Notes: generated by a model not told the origin, from the sequence alone. A stretch of 64,000 nucleotides of DNA from Anthoceros angustus (GCA_010909165.1 VJWM01000325.1:1-64000); one strand, 5' to 3'; numbered from the stretch's first letter, positions 12,118-24,589 are shown. Made by a program: numbers and translations.

Positions 12118-12694
12118 ATTAGGTCATGACTCCCATCTCCTTCGTCCAGGTGTGAAGCCCAGCCCGGCCAGAATCTTTCCTTGAACTAGCAATCAAGAAA
12201 GCAGATAGATGGTGTCACAAGCCGCTTCTCCACCCGGCAGAAAGCTGGCTTGAAGTTGGGTACGAGTATGATGAGAGCACACATCCAGATCGCATTACAT
12301 TGCACTTCCTTGGTAATAATGCGTTCATACACAAGCCTGCCTGTTGCATGAGCTTCAAGCATCTCATCACAGCACAGAATCCCTGGTCTCGGGCTGGGCG
12401 TTACCTATAATCCATAATTACAACTGCCCCTTCTCTGCAAAGAACCTCACACTCGGTCCTGCTGTATAGAATGGCCTGAAGAATTCTACCACAAATCGTC
12501 CCACTACCTGCTACATCACGCCATGAATTGCCTGCGCATTGTACTGTACTACACTAACACTTTGCACCAATGGTGGGTTCTGGAAGATCGTATTGTACAG
12601 GAAGGAGCAAGGGAAATGAATTTAATCTGGGAGCTAGTTCGGCGGGAAATTGCACCTGGATGGACGCCGGCATGGCAGAGCAAGCAGAGCGCTC

Positions 12695-13858
12695 TCACAG
12701 CAACTGCTTCTCCTTCTTGGCCTTGAATCTCTCCACGCGCTGCCCTAACCACTCCCGAATGTCCTTCACAATGACAGCCACGTTCTCATCCGGCTCGCCT
12801 TGGAGCAGGCTATGGAGCATCCCTTGGTACAATTTCAGCGTCTTGTCCTTGCTCTCAGCGGCGGCGTACAGAGCCTCGCTCACAGCGGGATCCGTCACCA
12901 CATCCGCGTCTCCATGAATCACCAGAATCGGCAAGCTCACATCCTGGAGCCTGGATCCCAGATAGTCCGTCACTCTGAGCAGCTCCGCCACCGTCCCAAG
13001 CCTCGGCTTCCCCGCGTACCTCCTGGGATTGCACTTGGCCAGCAGCTTCTTTCTTGGGTCCTTCACGGACGTGTCCACCAGATCCGCCGTGGGCACCACG
13101 GCCCAGGTGGGCGCGAACCGCGCGATGGCCTTCAACACCACTGCAATCGGCCATGCCGGCTTCACGTTGTCCGAGATCTTGCACATTGCCGCCACCAGAA
13201 TCGCGCCATCCCAACCCTCAGGCTCCGCAAAGTGCACCAGCAAGCAGATGGCTCCTCCCAGAGACTCCCCGTACAGGAAGGCTGGGAGATGGCGGAACTC
13301 CTCCTTCTCACGCACGGTACGGAAGAAAGCGGAGCAATCGGACGCTACGGCGTCCAGATCCGGGGTGAATGCCCGCATTCCGTCAGATTTCCCGTGCCCC
13401 TCCAGATCCAGAGCTGCTGCCGCGTAGCCCATTTTCGCAAACAGCATCGCCGTGTTCTGGAACGTCCAGCTGCTGTCGTTCCCGTACCCGTGCACCATGC
13501 ACACCAGAGCCTCCGGCTCGGACCCCAGCGGAAGCCATAGCTGCGTGAAGAGTCTGCTTCCGCGGGCATTCGTGAAGAGATTCCTGCTGTTGCGTACTCC
13601 CTGCTGCCTGTAATGTTCCGCCTCCGGGGTGTCTCCCCACGGGAAGGGCGGGGGCTGGAAGATGTCGCCTTCCTGCTGCTGTGGGAGTTTCTGCTGGTGT
13701 TGGGTTTGCTTTTCCTCTGCGGCCGCCATAGCCGGGGCTGCGTGCGCGCACCTGCAGCTCACTGCGACATGGAATCCGCGGATCCTGTATGCCAACGCGA
13801 CAGCACGCTCCAGCCCCGACCACTGTGGTGCTGCGAGAGCTTTCATTGCCCAGCTCAC
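12695..13858 (-). CDS. Alpha/beta hydrolase, monoacylglycerol lipase / caffeoyl shikimate esterase-like, intronless
   Basis: MVHGYGND, GHGKSDG, LYGESLGGA (nucleophile elbow), HGDADVVTDP and HSLLQGE motifs. The true start may be the later ATG (MAAAEEK). Confidence 0.88.
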   Translation of the reverse strand: MSWAMKALAAPQWSGLERAVALAYRIRGFHVAVSCRCAHAAPAMAAAEEKQTQHQQKLPQQQEGDIFQPPPFPWGDTPEAEHYRQQGVRNSRNLFTNARGSRLFTQLWLPLGSEPEALVCMVHGYGNDSSWTFQNTAMLFAKMGYAAAALDLEGHGKSDGMRAFTPDLDAVASDCSAFFRTVREKEEFRHLPAFLYGESLGGAICLLVHFAEPEGWDGAILVAAMCKISDNVKPAWPIAVVLKAIARFAPTWAVVPTADLVDTSVKDPRKKLLAKCNPRRYAGKPRLGTVAELLRVTDYLGSRLQDVSLPILVIHGDADVVTDPAVSEALYAAAESKDKTLKLYQGMLHSLLQGEPDENVAVIVKDIREWLGQRVERFKAKKEKQLL

Positions 13859-13940
13859 GATAAGGGCGCGACACGAAACCTAAACCGCATTTTGCCAGAT
13901 TGGGAGCGGGGAGCTCGGACTTCGGCGGGAGGAAGGGGAG

Positions 13941-16389
13941 ATGGTGAAGCCGCAGCTGCTGCCCCCGCCCGGGCAGTCGCTGGGGCAGGGCGTGATGGAG
14001 CTCCTGGAGCAGCTGGAGCGGTACTGCCTGGGGCCGGATTTGTCTATGAAGTCTACATACAATGACCTTCTGCTGGTGGGTTTCGTGGTGTGGTGTTGTG
14101 GGTTGTGGAGAAGTGGAGGATGTGGATGATGGTTATGTGGATGGTGGATGGTGGATGGTGGATGATGGATGATGGATGATGCATGTGCAGGCGAGGGAGG
14201 AGATGGCGAAGGAGAGGTTGCGGTACTTGGAGGTCATGGTAAGTGGTGGGTGGGTCGGTTGCTTGGTTTCTGCCGAGCTGGTGGTGAGAAAGGGTGGCGT
14301 TCTTGTGTCTGCAGTCTCTGTACAGTGAGGCTGTTGCGGTTGTTGAGGAGTACCAGCAGGCTTTGTCTCTGGCCAATGCTGGGGGAATGCGGGATCTGCA
14401 GGGGCTGTTTGCGCAGCTAGGGCTTCGTTGCCCGCCTCAGGTAATATTTGTGGTAAAGTTGGGATGATTTTGGATGGGTGTTTGTTGAAGGAGTTTTGTT
14501 TTGCCTCTGAACATGATTTCATGCGGTTCAGGTCTATGAGGCTTTGGAAGTGCGACTTGCAGTTGCTGAGTCTTCTCAGCGGTTGAGACTGCCACTAATT
14601 TCTAAGGATGGTGACATTCCAGATGAAGACACAGAGAAGTGGACTCATGTTTCGCGATGCTCGTTTGACAGCATCAGCACGATGATCAGCCTGAGCTCGA
14701 GTACTGGTACAAGCAATAGCGGACATCCAAGTTCGGGAGTCAGTGGGATGAATGCCAGCTCGGTGTATGCCGCGTCTGGTGCTACTGGAAGCAGCAGCTC
14801 TGATACGTCTGATAATGGCATTGGAGGGGTGGTGAACTGTTTTCTGGGAGTGACCCCTGGCTGGTTGAAGAAGACTCATCTTTCCACGGCTCCACTTGTT
14901 GAGGTGTGTTTTGGTGTGGACCCATCCCTGTTGCATCGACAGACCCACTGTATACGTTGTCCGGGTCTTGTCATATGTCGGGATAATGTTGGCAGGATGC
15001 AGCAGGCTATCAGATGGCCCTGATTCCTGAGATCGAAGCCCGAATGGAAGCAAAGTATGACAAAATCGTGGCCACATTCAACGCCGGAGAAATTGGTTAG
15101 TATGTTCCTACTCTCTTTGGGAGAGTGGCGCATTCGAGTGTAGTTAGGTGACATGCCTTTCCCATCATGATGCACCTCTGCAGATGAGGGAAGTCCTCTT
15201 CGCATAAAGACTGCTAGGCTTCCAGTAAGGTCAGTCTGGTTTCCCGCATGCTTTTCCCATGGTTTATACAAATCGGGTGACACATTTTGTGGATTTTGAC
15301 TGGTCCTAAAATGTGTGGACCTGATCCTCTCGTTTTAGGATAAAGAATGCTGTGGAAAAGAACGAGCGGGAAGAAGCAGCTTGGCTTGAGGATCTGTATG
15401 CAGCCGATCGGCAGTTCGTTGAATATCATAACGTATGGATGGAGTTTTTACTGGAGCACTACTGAAGGTCAGCAGCACTCCATGTTACCGTTGCAGATTC
15501 TCAGTTTTACAAGTGGCCTTCCTGTCCCAATAGGTACTTGAACAAATTTTCAGTGTTGTTCACAAGCTTGTGAAAGACTTCAAGCTGGGCAACCAGCATC
15601 AATATGTGAGTGTCACGCTTTTTGCTTCCTGCTAGCCGTAATGTCTTCCTCAGGAGACCCAAGTAACCTCGGCGGTTGACAACAGTTTCCTATGGGTCCA
15701 GGATGGAATGAGGAAGGAGTGGCTCATCAAGAGATGCCAAACCATGAGCACAAAGCTCAGGTGTCTGTTCTCTCCGGTTACAGACGTGGTCCTCATACTG
15801 ATTGAAAAACGTTTCTGACTTCTTGAAGATGCTGTGCAGTGTGCTTGAGCATCTGCTACTACGGGATACTTACACACAGGAGTCGGTGCCGGCGCTCTTC
15901 AAAATACAGTTAGGGTTTTTGTTTTGGAGCAATCCTTGCGTTGGTTTCCAACCTAGCTTACCAGCTTGTCTAATATGCTTAACACATCCAGGGGCTACCT
16001 TGTGGAAGCTGTCGAGGAAGCAACTGCCGCCTACAACAGAGCTGTAAGTAATCCGATGAGATGCGTCCCCTCCTGCTGTATGGATGACTTCGTCAATCTC
16101 CCTGAGCGAAAAGATGTGCTACACGAGCAGGTCACCAGGCTGCGAGAATACCAAGGAGTCGACCGCCACTTTGATGACATCGCTCAACGCTACCATGACA
16201 TTGTGAAGGTCAGATCCTGCAACTTTCACCAACGCAGATCAGATTTTGCAACTTTCACTGTTCCTGCCGTTTTGTGGCTAGGCCGCCCTTAGCTGACAGC
16301 TTCGCTTGGCACACCAGAAGTTGGAAGGCATCCAGTGGACAATTCGTCAAGTGGAGATGGATTTGAATCAATCACAAGAGTCGTCTTAG
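13941..16389 (+). CDS. AUG4: Augmin complex subunit 4 (HAUS4), multi-exon
   Basis: MVKPQ...LEQLERYCLGPD; LAVAESSQRLRLPLISKDG; NCFLGVTP; YLVEAVEEATAAYNRAV; TRLREYQGVDRHFDDIAQRYHDIVK; LEGIQWTIRQVEMDL. All resemble Arabidopsis AUG4 as I recall it. Confidence 0.9.
14085..14185. repeat. Low-complexity (GGTGGAT/GATG)n tract within an AUG4 intron
   Basis: Directly visible run of ggatggt/ggatgat units. Confidence 0.8.
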
Positions 16390-16953
16390 ATGGCTGATTA
16401 GGTGATCTTTTAGGTCGGAACGCGAAACCTAATCAGTTTCTTAAGGTCTGTGAAAGTCCTGCAACCTCAATTGGGGTTTTGAGAGGCACAGTCGACGGTG
16501 TATCTTTACTGCCCTCAGCCCCGCTGTCTCCTCGGCTGCCCTCCTCGCCTCCACGCCTCTCGCTGAGATTTGTTGTAATGTGCTTTCTATGATCTGCCGC
16601 TGTTTTAGTAGCGGTCTGCTGCTTCAACCATTTCGTGTCCGCCCGGTGTGATCTGGTCCGGAATTTCCACTCTCGCGCTTCGCCGTTACAGTTCTGGGCG
16701 CGTGGTGTCTGGTTCTGCTCCTTTTGCTCTGCCAACGGTCCCGTTGTGAGTGTCGATGTGAGCCGGATGCTGTACAGCAATTTGCAGCATGCTTGGTGTG
16801 CTAGACGCGGTCCAATCTTATTTGTACACCTTGTTTCTGATGCGATCCTGGAATCGAATTGCAGCAGATTTCACGTTGTGATGCACGACCTGCTTGGTGG
16901 AGGTGACGTCGCCTTGCCTTTGCAGGTTTAGGGGATGTGAGCTTGGATTCAGA

Positions 16954-18261
16954 ATGTCTGGTGAGAAGGGAGGATTTTCGAGAAAGAGGGTGGCGACTCG
17001 GCAGCTGAGAAGAGACGATTCCTCCGAGGGTTCGGATGTGGATGATGAGCCAACGTGGACTACCTTTCGGAGGGCAAGCGATGAAGTGTTAGCCACCCGG
17101 AGGATTATCAAACTTTGTCGTAAGGGGACAGCTTCTCCAGGGGCGAATCCCTTCCGCGCTTCATGCTTGGTGGCACCTGTCGCCTCCCAGGAGGCGGAGA
17201 TTCTGCCTTTGAGCTCCGACTGGAAGGATGGAGCAGAAGGATTGAGCAGTCAGGAGGCCCGGATTTTGGCTAACAGCTCGTCTGAGATCTCAGATGCCAA
17301 GAGTCGGCCTCGGGTGGTTGCTGAAGCCGAGAGCACTTCTGGGAGTGTGGACCCGGTTGCAGCAGCACTCAAAGGCAACAAATCAGACAGTGTAGGGAAC
17401 GGGCAGGATGTGTCCAAGCCAGAGAGTGCCATTTCGGAAGGTTCAGTGGATGGGATTCAGGGTGAGACAAAACGATCACCGGTTGTGAAGGAGAGCAAGG
17501 AAGATGAGGACACTCAGCCCCCTCCTCCTCGTCGCGTTGCTTCTGGTCACAGTGCATCTGGCGCCGGCGGGGCCTGTGATTTCATCACGCCCAACACTCC
17601 TCTTTGCGGGTTTGCGTCCTTCAGCTCCTCTGTTCGGCCAGCGTTTTCTTCGACGAACAATATGTTTGGGATATTGGGTGCAGGAGCTCTGGTGGGCTCT
17701 GACACGCACTCTTTTGAACCTGTGTTTGGAAGACTCCGGCAGTCCAGCTTCGGGTCTGCTACTGGATTGTCATCCTCTGCACGAACTGACACCACTGGCC
17801 CAAGCATTGTCCCTCTTCAGGTAGTACATGTAGAAACAGGGGAAGAGAAAGAGGCAACCGTCTTCACAGCCGATGCAACGTTGTTCGAGTATATCAACAA
17901 CGCGTGGAAGGAACGGGGCAGAGGGGAAGTCAAGTTGAATGTCTCCCAAGAAAAAGCCTGTAAGCCAAGACTTGTCATGCGCTCCAAGGGAAATCTGCGT
18001 CTACTGCTCAATGCAAACCTATTTCCGGACATGAAGGTGTCCAAAATGGACAACCGGGGCGTCAGCTTTGCATGTGCCAACAGTGCAGCTGAAAGCAAAA
18101 CAGGACTTGCCATGTATGGATTGAGGCTTAAAGATGCTTCGGTGGCCGTGGAGTTTTTGGCTGTCGTTGATTCTCATAAGGGAGACTGCCCTGTGGAGAA
18201 CACGGATTCTGATATTCCTCAAGAAAGTAGACACGAAACAGCGGGAACCGCGGCAGAGTGA
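16954..18261 (+). CDS. NUP50: NUP50-like nucleoporin with C-terminal RanBP1/RanBD domain, intronless
   Basis: N-terminal KRVATRQLRRDD...FRRASDEVLATRRIIK; C-terminal VETGEEKEATVFTADATLFEY...WKERGRGEVKLN...RLVMRSKGNLRLLLNANLF. Confidence 0.85.
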   Translation: MSGEKGGFSRKRVATRQLRRDDSSEGSDVDDEPTWTTFRRASDEVLATRRIIKLCRKGTASPGANPFRASCLVAPVASQEAEILPLSSDWKDGAEGLSSQEARILANSSSEISDAKSRPRVVAEAESTSGSVDPVAAALKGNKSDSVGNGQDVSKPESAISEGSVDGIQGETKRSPVVKESKEDEDTQPPPPRRVASGHSASGAGGACDFITPNTPLCGFASFSSSVRPAFSSTNNMFGILGAGALVGSDTHSFEPVFGRLRQSSFGSATGLSSSARTDTTGPSIVPLQVVHVETGEEKEATVFTADATLFEYINNAWKERGRGEVKLNVSQEKACKPRLVMRSKGNLRLLLNANLFPDMKVSKMDNRGVSFACANSAAESKTGLAMYGLRLKDASVAVEFLAVVDSHKGDCPVENTDSDIPQESRHETAGTAAE

Positions 18262-18631
18262 ATGCCAGTGCTTGGAAAATTGCACGCACTATGGAGTACT
18301 TATTCCAGTTCACCGAACCTTTTTGCCTATGAATAGCTCAGGAATCACTTGCTTTAGCTGTTTTGAGAGGTTGATGTAAACATACTCTGTTTGTTATGTG
18401 AAGTGTAAGATCAACGGAGTATGTATACAACATGTGCTCGTCCACACTGGAATGCACGTTCATGAAGGAAAAGGTGAAAACACAAACGAAAAGAGGAGTT
18501 ATCTCTTCATGACACCTACCAAATTGTGTTCGACGTTTTATACCTGCTCACCAAAACCAGTGGCAGCCACCATCCGATACGCAGACAAGAGACACAAGCT
18601 CACTGAAAACATTTGATCGAGGGACGCTTCC

Positions 18632-19487
18632 TCACGGTGCTGACTGGGGCTTCTTGAAGTCTATCTTGTCTACCTTCACCTCCCCATCAACCAGCTCATA
18701 CACGTATACTACAACTCGCATACCGTCGATGTCCATCAACACAAAGCTAGGGTTGACGTCATATGTGATGCTGCTGTAGGCACCTGTTGCAGAGCCAGGG
18801 TTGATGATGACGCCTCCTTCATGTTTGTATGCTTTAAATTGGTGAGTGTGTCCAGTGATAAGGATGTCGACGTCCAGCTGTCGCTGAAGCATCGCCAGAG
18901 AATCTAGATCCCCCCAAGGAACAACCTAACACAATTCCCCCATAACAAATCATACAAACAAATCAACGACTACAACTTACATATCTTTGTGAAACTCAAG
19001 AATCGCCTCACCAATTGAGGGCTTGAAAACAAAAGTACCTGATGGCCATGGCAAATTCCAAGCTTGAAAGCACCAATCGACAAGAGCTTAGTCTCAGGAT
19101 AGCGAGTATCATCATCATACTCTCCCCGAGTGACATGCACGTCTGCACACAGGCTTTTCAGGTAGTCATGCACCTCCTGCCAACGAAAATGGAATCAATG
19201 ACTTGCTTGAGAACCACGCAAGTTCAAACCCTTAACTTGCAAGAAGAGAACTCATCTCCAGCTAAGCGAGAGACAAACATATCCAAGGAAACTCCAGCTC
19301 ACATGCCGCTATGCCATGGACTTGCACGAGCCCCGCAATGGGAGAAGAGACAAACCTTGATGCACAAATTTCCAGGGCTGAGTATGTGCTGAATTTTCCC
19401 AGGAACCAGCATAGACTTAAACTTTGCAGGCAGATCCGCTGCCCTATGTGGTATGTGCATATCGCCCATGGCTAAAACGAGCACCAT
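18632..19487 (-). CDS. VPS29: Retromer subunit VPS29, multi-exon
   Basis: [42 protein letters not shown]; VTRGEYD; GICHGHQV; [10 protein letters not shown]; [11 protein letters not shown]. Confidence 0.97.
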
Positions 19488-19989
19488 GGCTGATGGTAAA
19501 CAATGTGCTGCTGTTGTTTGGGTGGCCTCCCGAAACTCTCATGCTCCAAGAGGTGTCAGAACTCGCACCAGCATCAGCTGAACAGAAGCTACAAAAAAAC
19601 AGCAAGCAACGACGGCATCAGCTGAAGAAGTCTTCTCAATACTCATCTCCACCACCATGACACAATCAAACCCACCGCCACCATGTAAAAAAAAAGAACC
19701 GCGTCTCCAGCAAGCGAGGGTTTGCATGATCCGATTTTACCTGCATGGATTCAACGACTTCCGATCCCGATCTGGCTGCTACCCCTCTTGTAAAGAATTC
19801 CCGATCAGCGCCGCGGACATCGCCAAACCTGGGCTACGCCACATCTCTGAGAAAGGAAAGCAGGCGACGAAAACGCGTTCGGGCAAATTAAAGAACAGTT
19901 CTTACTCAGACTTCGAGGAGAACGGAGAAGAACGAAATCTCCACAGTTGATGCAAAGGGCCAAGACGCTGTAAGCAACTTCCTTGATCG

Positions 19990-20853
19990 ATGGGTGACAA
20001 AGAGATGGACGCCGCCTTGATCGAATTCCTGTCTCAGCTGGGGGAGTACACTCCAACGGTGCTCACTTCTGTTGTTCCTGCGTTGTGTCTTTTTCTTCAA
20101 GTTAACGCTGTTTTTGCCAGGGAGCTGTCTCGTCTCATCGGTTCTCTCTTCTGTCGGCTTGGGTTTCGATTTCCAGATCCCTGACGAGCTGGCCGAGCAC
20201 TATCTGGCCAGGAGCGGCTTCAACTGTCCCGACATCCGAGTGTATGTTTTGAATTTTCTGGCTCAGAACTGTTGCGTTGTTGAACGGGGAGGACGGGCTA
20301 GGGTTTGTGGAGCTGGTTGAGACTGACTGAGCTGCTGACTGGTGTTGCAGAACAAGATTGGTGTCTGTTGCAGCACAGAAATTCATCGGGGAGGTAGCGA
20401 GTGATGCCATGCAGTAAGGGAGTCTTGATGAGGTGGTGAATTGTGATTCTGCAGCTCTGGAAGTAGGTATCATCTGCTGACACTTTGTATCCAGGTATTG
20501 TAAAATCAGGCAATCAGGTCCAGGCAAAGACAAGAAAGCTCAACCTGGCAAGGTGGGCATGCCCAAATGCAGTTTCTGGTGATGTTGCTTCGCTCTACGT
20601 TTCCTTCTAAAACGTGTTCCGTCTGTGGACTGTGTGAGCAGGAAAAACGACTTGTCCTAACATCCGAGGATCTTGCAGCAGCCTTGGCAGAGGTAGGCCC
20701 TGAACATAGCTTATTTCCTTCGTGTGGGCTGGGCATTGGCTTATGAGTTTGGTTGTGAAACAGTATGGAGTCAACTTGAAAAGGAGAGACGCTTTCGCAG
20801 ACGCACCAGTTACAGCACCAGGAACATCTACCAAGGAAAAGTTTGCGGAGTAG
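19990..20853 (+). CDS. TAF10: TBP-associated factor 10, multi-exon
   Basis: LIEFLSQLGEYTPT|IPDELAEHYLARSGFNCPDIRV|RLVSVAAQKFIGEVASDAMQ...EYGVNLKR...AE*. Confidence 0.92.
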
Positions 20854-20878
20854 ATGGCTTCCATGGATGAGAGAAAGA

Positions 20879-22431
20879 TTACAGTGAGAAAGGGGGCACC
20901 ACAAGGTTCTCCTTGTTTTTGTAGTATTCCTCTCCTCCATGTGTAGTGACAGGAGCAGGATACTTTTGAAGCAAAATTTCTCGCTGCTCTGGGTCTGTCA
21001 CGGACAGTAAGTCCTTGCTAACTTCTCGGATCAGGTCAGCCATCTCCACACTATCCGTCCACCTCTTGGGAATAGCAGCTTCTCCGTACAAAGCTCCCAT
21101 GATGTTTCCGACGATAGCTCCTGTACTGTCAGAATCGCCACCGTGGTTTACAGAGTAACATATTGCATTCTCAACATCTTCCCCGCAGATGAGGGCACAA
21201 TAAAGGGCTATTCCTAGAGCTTCTTCACCCACGAAACCTCGTCCCAGTTTCTCGATGTGCCTCAAGGCAAGCTCCTGCTTACTAGAGCAAGCGGCGATGT
21301 CTTTGCTGAAGAGTGCTGCAAGCTTTTGTGCCTCCTGCACTTGGAACATCGTTTCGTTATTGTCTGGCTCCTTCTCTAACAATGGTGTGGTTTTCTCTAT
21401 GGCACATTGAAGGGAATCACCTGAATGTGACACGCCTTAAGTATCAGTAACTGACACGCCTGTTATCTTGCTACCACACAAGACCAGCAGAATGAACGGC
21501 TTTCAAGATCTACCTGACAAAATCCTGCTCAGCAAAGATGCTTGGTAGCCGGATGAAAGCCAACCAGATGGATGCGTGTGGGTGATCACAGCGGACACGC
21601 AGCCTAGCTTGAAAGCGAGCTCAGCTTGCTCATCAGGAGACAGGAAGGCGAATGCACTTTGCACGATAAGCGCGCAGGGAGCAACTCGCATGATTCCACC
21701 ACAGCCTGTGAGTGCGCACTAAAGTTACTTAAGAGAACGTCTTGAGCCAGACGGAAAACGCCCAGGTGCACTGGAAGTGCCTACCTTTGCTGTCATTTAT
21801 CTTGTTGTCGTAGTTGCCCACGCCTCCAGATCTAAGACTCATCCGGCATGTCATCCCCGGGCCTCGTCGTCGACACAGTCCTTGCTGCTTAACTAGCATC
21901 CCTTGGCCCTTGATCTGAGTGAAGAGAGGACTTCGAGATGATTCACCTTGAGTGGCCAGCCATCTGCACAACCCTCCGGAGTCAGAACCAGGATCAAGTG
22001 TCCCACACCAGAGCTAGAATCCCAAAGGCGGGAGGACCATCAGGAGCCACCTTAAGTAGGCTTGGTGCAGACCTGGCACAGCATTTTCTGCTTCCATGGT
22101 TCTCAGGTCCACGTTCCTTGAAAGGAAAGATAGGACAGTCGACTGAAGCCCTTCAGCAGTGAACAAGGTCATCTGGGTGTCGTCTGTGAAACCTCCTTTG
22201 ACACCGATGTCCCTGACTCCTGCAGGCAGCCCAAATCCATCGGCCCGACACCTGAAGTTCAGGATCGCAGCATTGCACCGATGGGAGCGGGATCAACTCA
22301 CCTAACGGACCGTAGTCACGAAAAATGACTGGGGCGGGCAAGAACTCCACCGCAGCTCCCAGGGCATCACCACAAGCCCCCCCCAACAAGCAGCCCACAA
22401 ACCGGTCCCCCATCGAAAGATTGGGCGCCAT
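20879..22431 (-). CDS. ADP-ribosylglycohydrolase (ARH/DraG family), multi-exon
   Basis: [18 protein letters not shown]; [12 protein letters not shown]; NDSKG..MRVAP; ITHTHP; [14 protein letters not shown]; [22 protein letters not shown]. Both metal-binding motifs are intact. Confidence 0.92.
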
Positions 22432-22771
22432 GGTTTGCAAGCGCGGCTCCGATGTTGATGAATCTGCCCTCTGAGCGAGGCTCGTTACTTGATTCTCCAG
22501 GGCCTTTGCTTGGGGACTACGCGTCGTGGTCGCTACTCTGACGAGTTCCCACAGAACGCCAGTCCCAAGGCCGTGAAGTAAATGTCGATGCTCCAACCGC
22601 AGATATGGCCACGAACTGGAGACCAGCACCGGCTTTACAAGAGTACAGGATATTGACCTTCGTCCGAAATCTTAAGACGTGCTTTATTGTCCTTTCCGGT
22701 GGTGGACCGAAGTCACACAGATTTGCAGGGGTCGATACAGCATCGTCCAACAAAGGACTGTGGGAAGCAAA

Positions 22772-24147
22772 TCAAGCTTGCTTGAGAGGGATAGCTGCCT
22801 TCAAAAGCTCACTCAACTCGTTTTCCAGAAGTGACAGAAGTTCGGCCCTGGTGCGCCTGTAAACCCAAGCCTCGTCAGATTCGTTCCAATCGAACCGAGC
22901 CGGGCCACTGCATCATAGAACGGGGATGGTAATCACTATGGAGACGTTTTCTGATTCACAGACTGCTGTGTGTACAAGTTGTCCAAGAACTATCATGTGG
23001 GCCGATATAATCGGTTTTCTCCAGATTGGGAGCAGCAGCACTGTACAGCACAAGCTTTACCTTACAGGAGATGACAGCCAGATTTGCCTGTTTGGTGTTT
23101 GCTTGTTGATGACATATGTTCCCAAGCTTCCAAGCCGGAGGGTCAGTACTCCGTCCTGCAGCGCTCAGAGGAGCCTGTAGATCAGAATACCAGCGCAGAA
23201 AGCAAAGGGCACGGCCATGCCATGCCAGGCCAACAGTCTGAAGAAGTTCAAGCTGCGGAATCGGGCCCGGACTTACAGAGTAGTCTGTGTCAAAGCCATC
23301 AATTGAAAGCTTGTCACCTTGCTCCTGAAAGACAGCCAGTGTCATAGCTCAATGAACACATGCCAAATTCACTAACAAGCTTAACAGGTTACGCGGATGG
23401 AGTGCTGCTTTACTCTTGCCATCTCAGAAACGTAATGTGAAAGACAGACAAGTACCTCAAACTGCTCTTGAAGATGATTCAGAACTTCGTCAGCAAGCTT
23501 GTGAAACTCCCTCTCCGATACTAGAGAGCTGCAACTACCAAATTGGCCATCTCAGATACATGTCCAGGCAAAGCATAGCCAGAGCATTCATCCGACTGAA
23601 GAGCAACCTGAACTTCCAAATTCTACTCCTCCAGCCAGTCCGAGCTACCACATGACCATCTCATCTCAACCATGTCAGCACTATGTACACCAGGGGGCCA
23701 TATGCAGCATAGCCAGCTGGCTGAAACAATGCAAGGACTTGCTGTAGGTCCAATTGCATTCAAAGCTAGGTCATGCCATTCTCCGCTTTGCCAAGAGTGG
23801 ACCGCCACTCAGCCACCTTCAGAGGCAGCAGGAGATGATGGAAATAGAGCTTGCCTGTAGTCCACAGCCACAGGACCTTCACCCTGATCCCCGACATCGG
23901 ACGGTGGGGATGAACCGTAGGCTCTGTACCCCTTCTCCCCAGCCCCAGCCACCGACAGCTCACAGTGCCCGAAGGAGCTTCCCACACGATTCAGACCCCC
24001 CGAGGCAACGGCGACGGAGCCCAATTGGCGGACACAAGTAGGAGCCAGCTGAGCATGTCTCCAACAATGCTGAGTGGACGCCGAGCCACGGAAATTCCTT
24101 TCCGCAGCAACCCGCGCAACTGGGAGAGCCTTCAAGAGCCTCCTCAT
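22772..24147 (-). CDS. FH: Frataxin, multi-exon, with mitochondrial transit peptide
   Basis: MRRLLKALP... presequence; exon [13 protein letters not shown]; [17 protein letters not shown] region (frame of [13 protein letters not shown]); last exon [36 protein letters not shown]. Confidence 0.88.
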
Positions 24148-24589
24148 CTTCAGCACTGTGCTGCGGATCCAGCCCTGATTCCGTCCATCAAGTCAGCCCG
24201 ATGCGCCCATGCCACCGCACCTGGAAGGGGCACTGCTACAGTTCATGCTTCCCCTTCATGGGCCCTAATGAGTCCTTCCAGCTCGAGAGCACACACTCTA
24301 AAACACCATGAATTTTTCAATACCGAACCTAGAGAAATCCATCTTCTTCTTTTCTTTTCCTCTCTTTGTTCAAGCTCACGTCACGCAAGGGTAATGAGAA
24401 GGTAGCTCCATCAAAGCCACTCAAAAGGCAGCTTCATCAAACCCACTTCGTAAGGTAGTTCCATCAATGCCACTTCACCATTGTTTCCGTCTCGCTCAGA
24501 AATAACAACATGAACACAGCAAACGAACTCGGTCTCTTGGCTGCCCAATATATCACTATACGCAAACAAACAACACAAGACTTGACATT

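Noticed and set aside
9611-13874. Long alternative-frame and antisense ORFs (e.g. 9663-11084 +, 9855-11153 -, 10307-11239 +, 11365-12027 +, 12800-13540 +)
   Set aside because: They are shadows of GC3-rich real genes, with low-complexity Arg/Gly/Pro/Ala translations and no recognisable motifs.
24402-24476. Three ~31-bp direct repeats upstream of frataxin
   Set aside because: Short and degenerate, with no supportable function; probably the edge of a TE.
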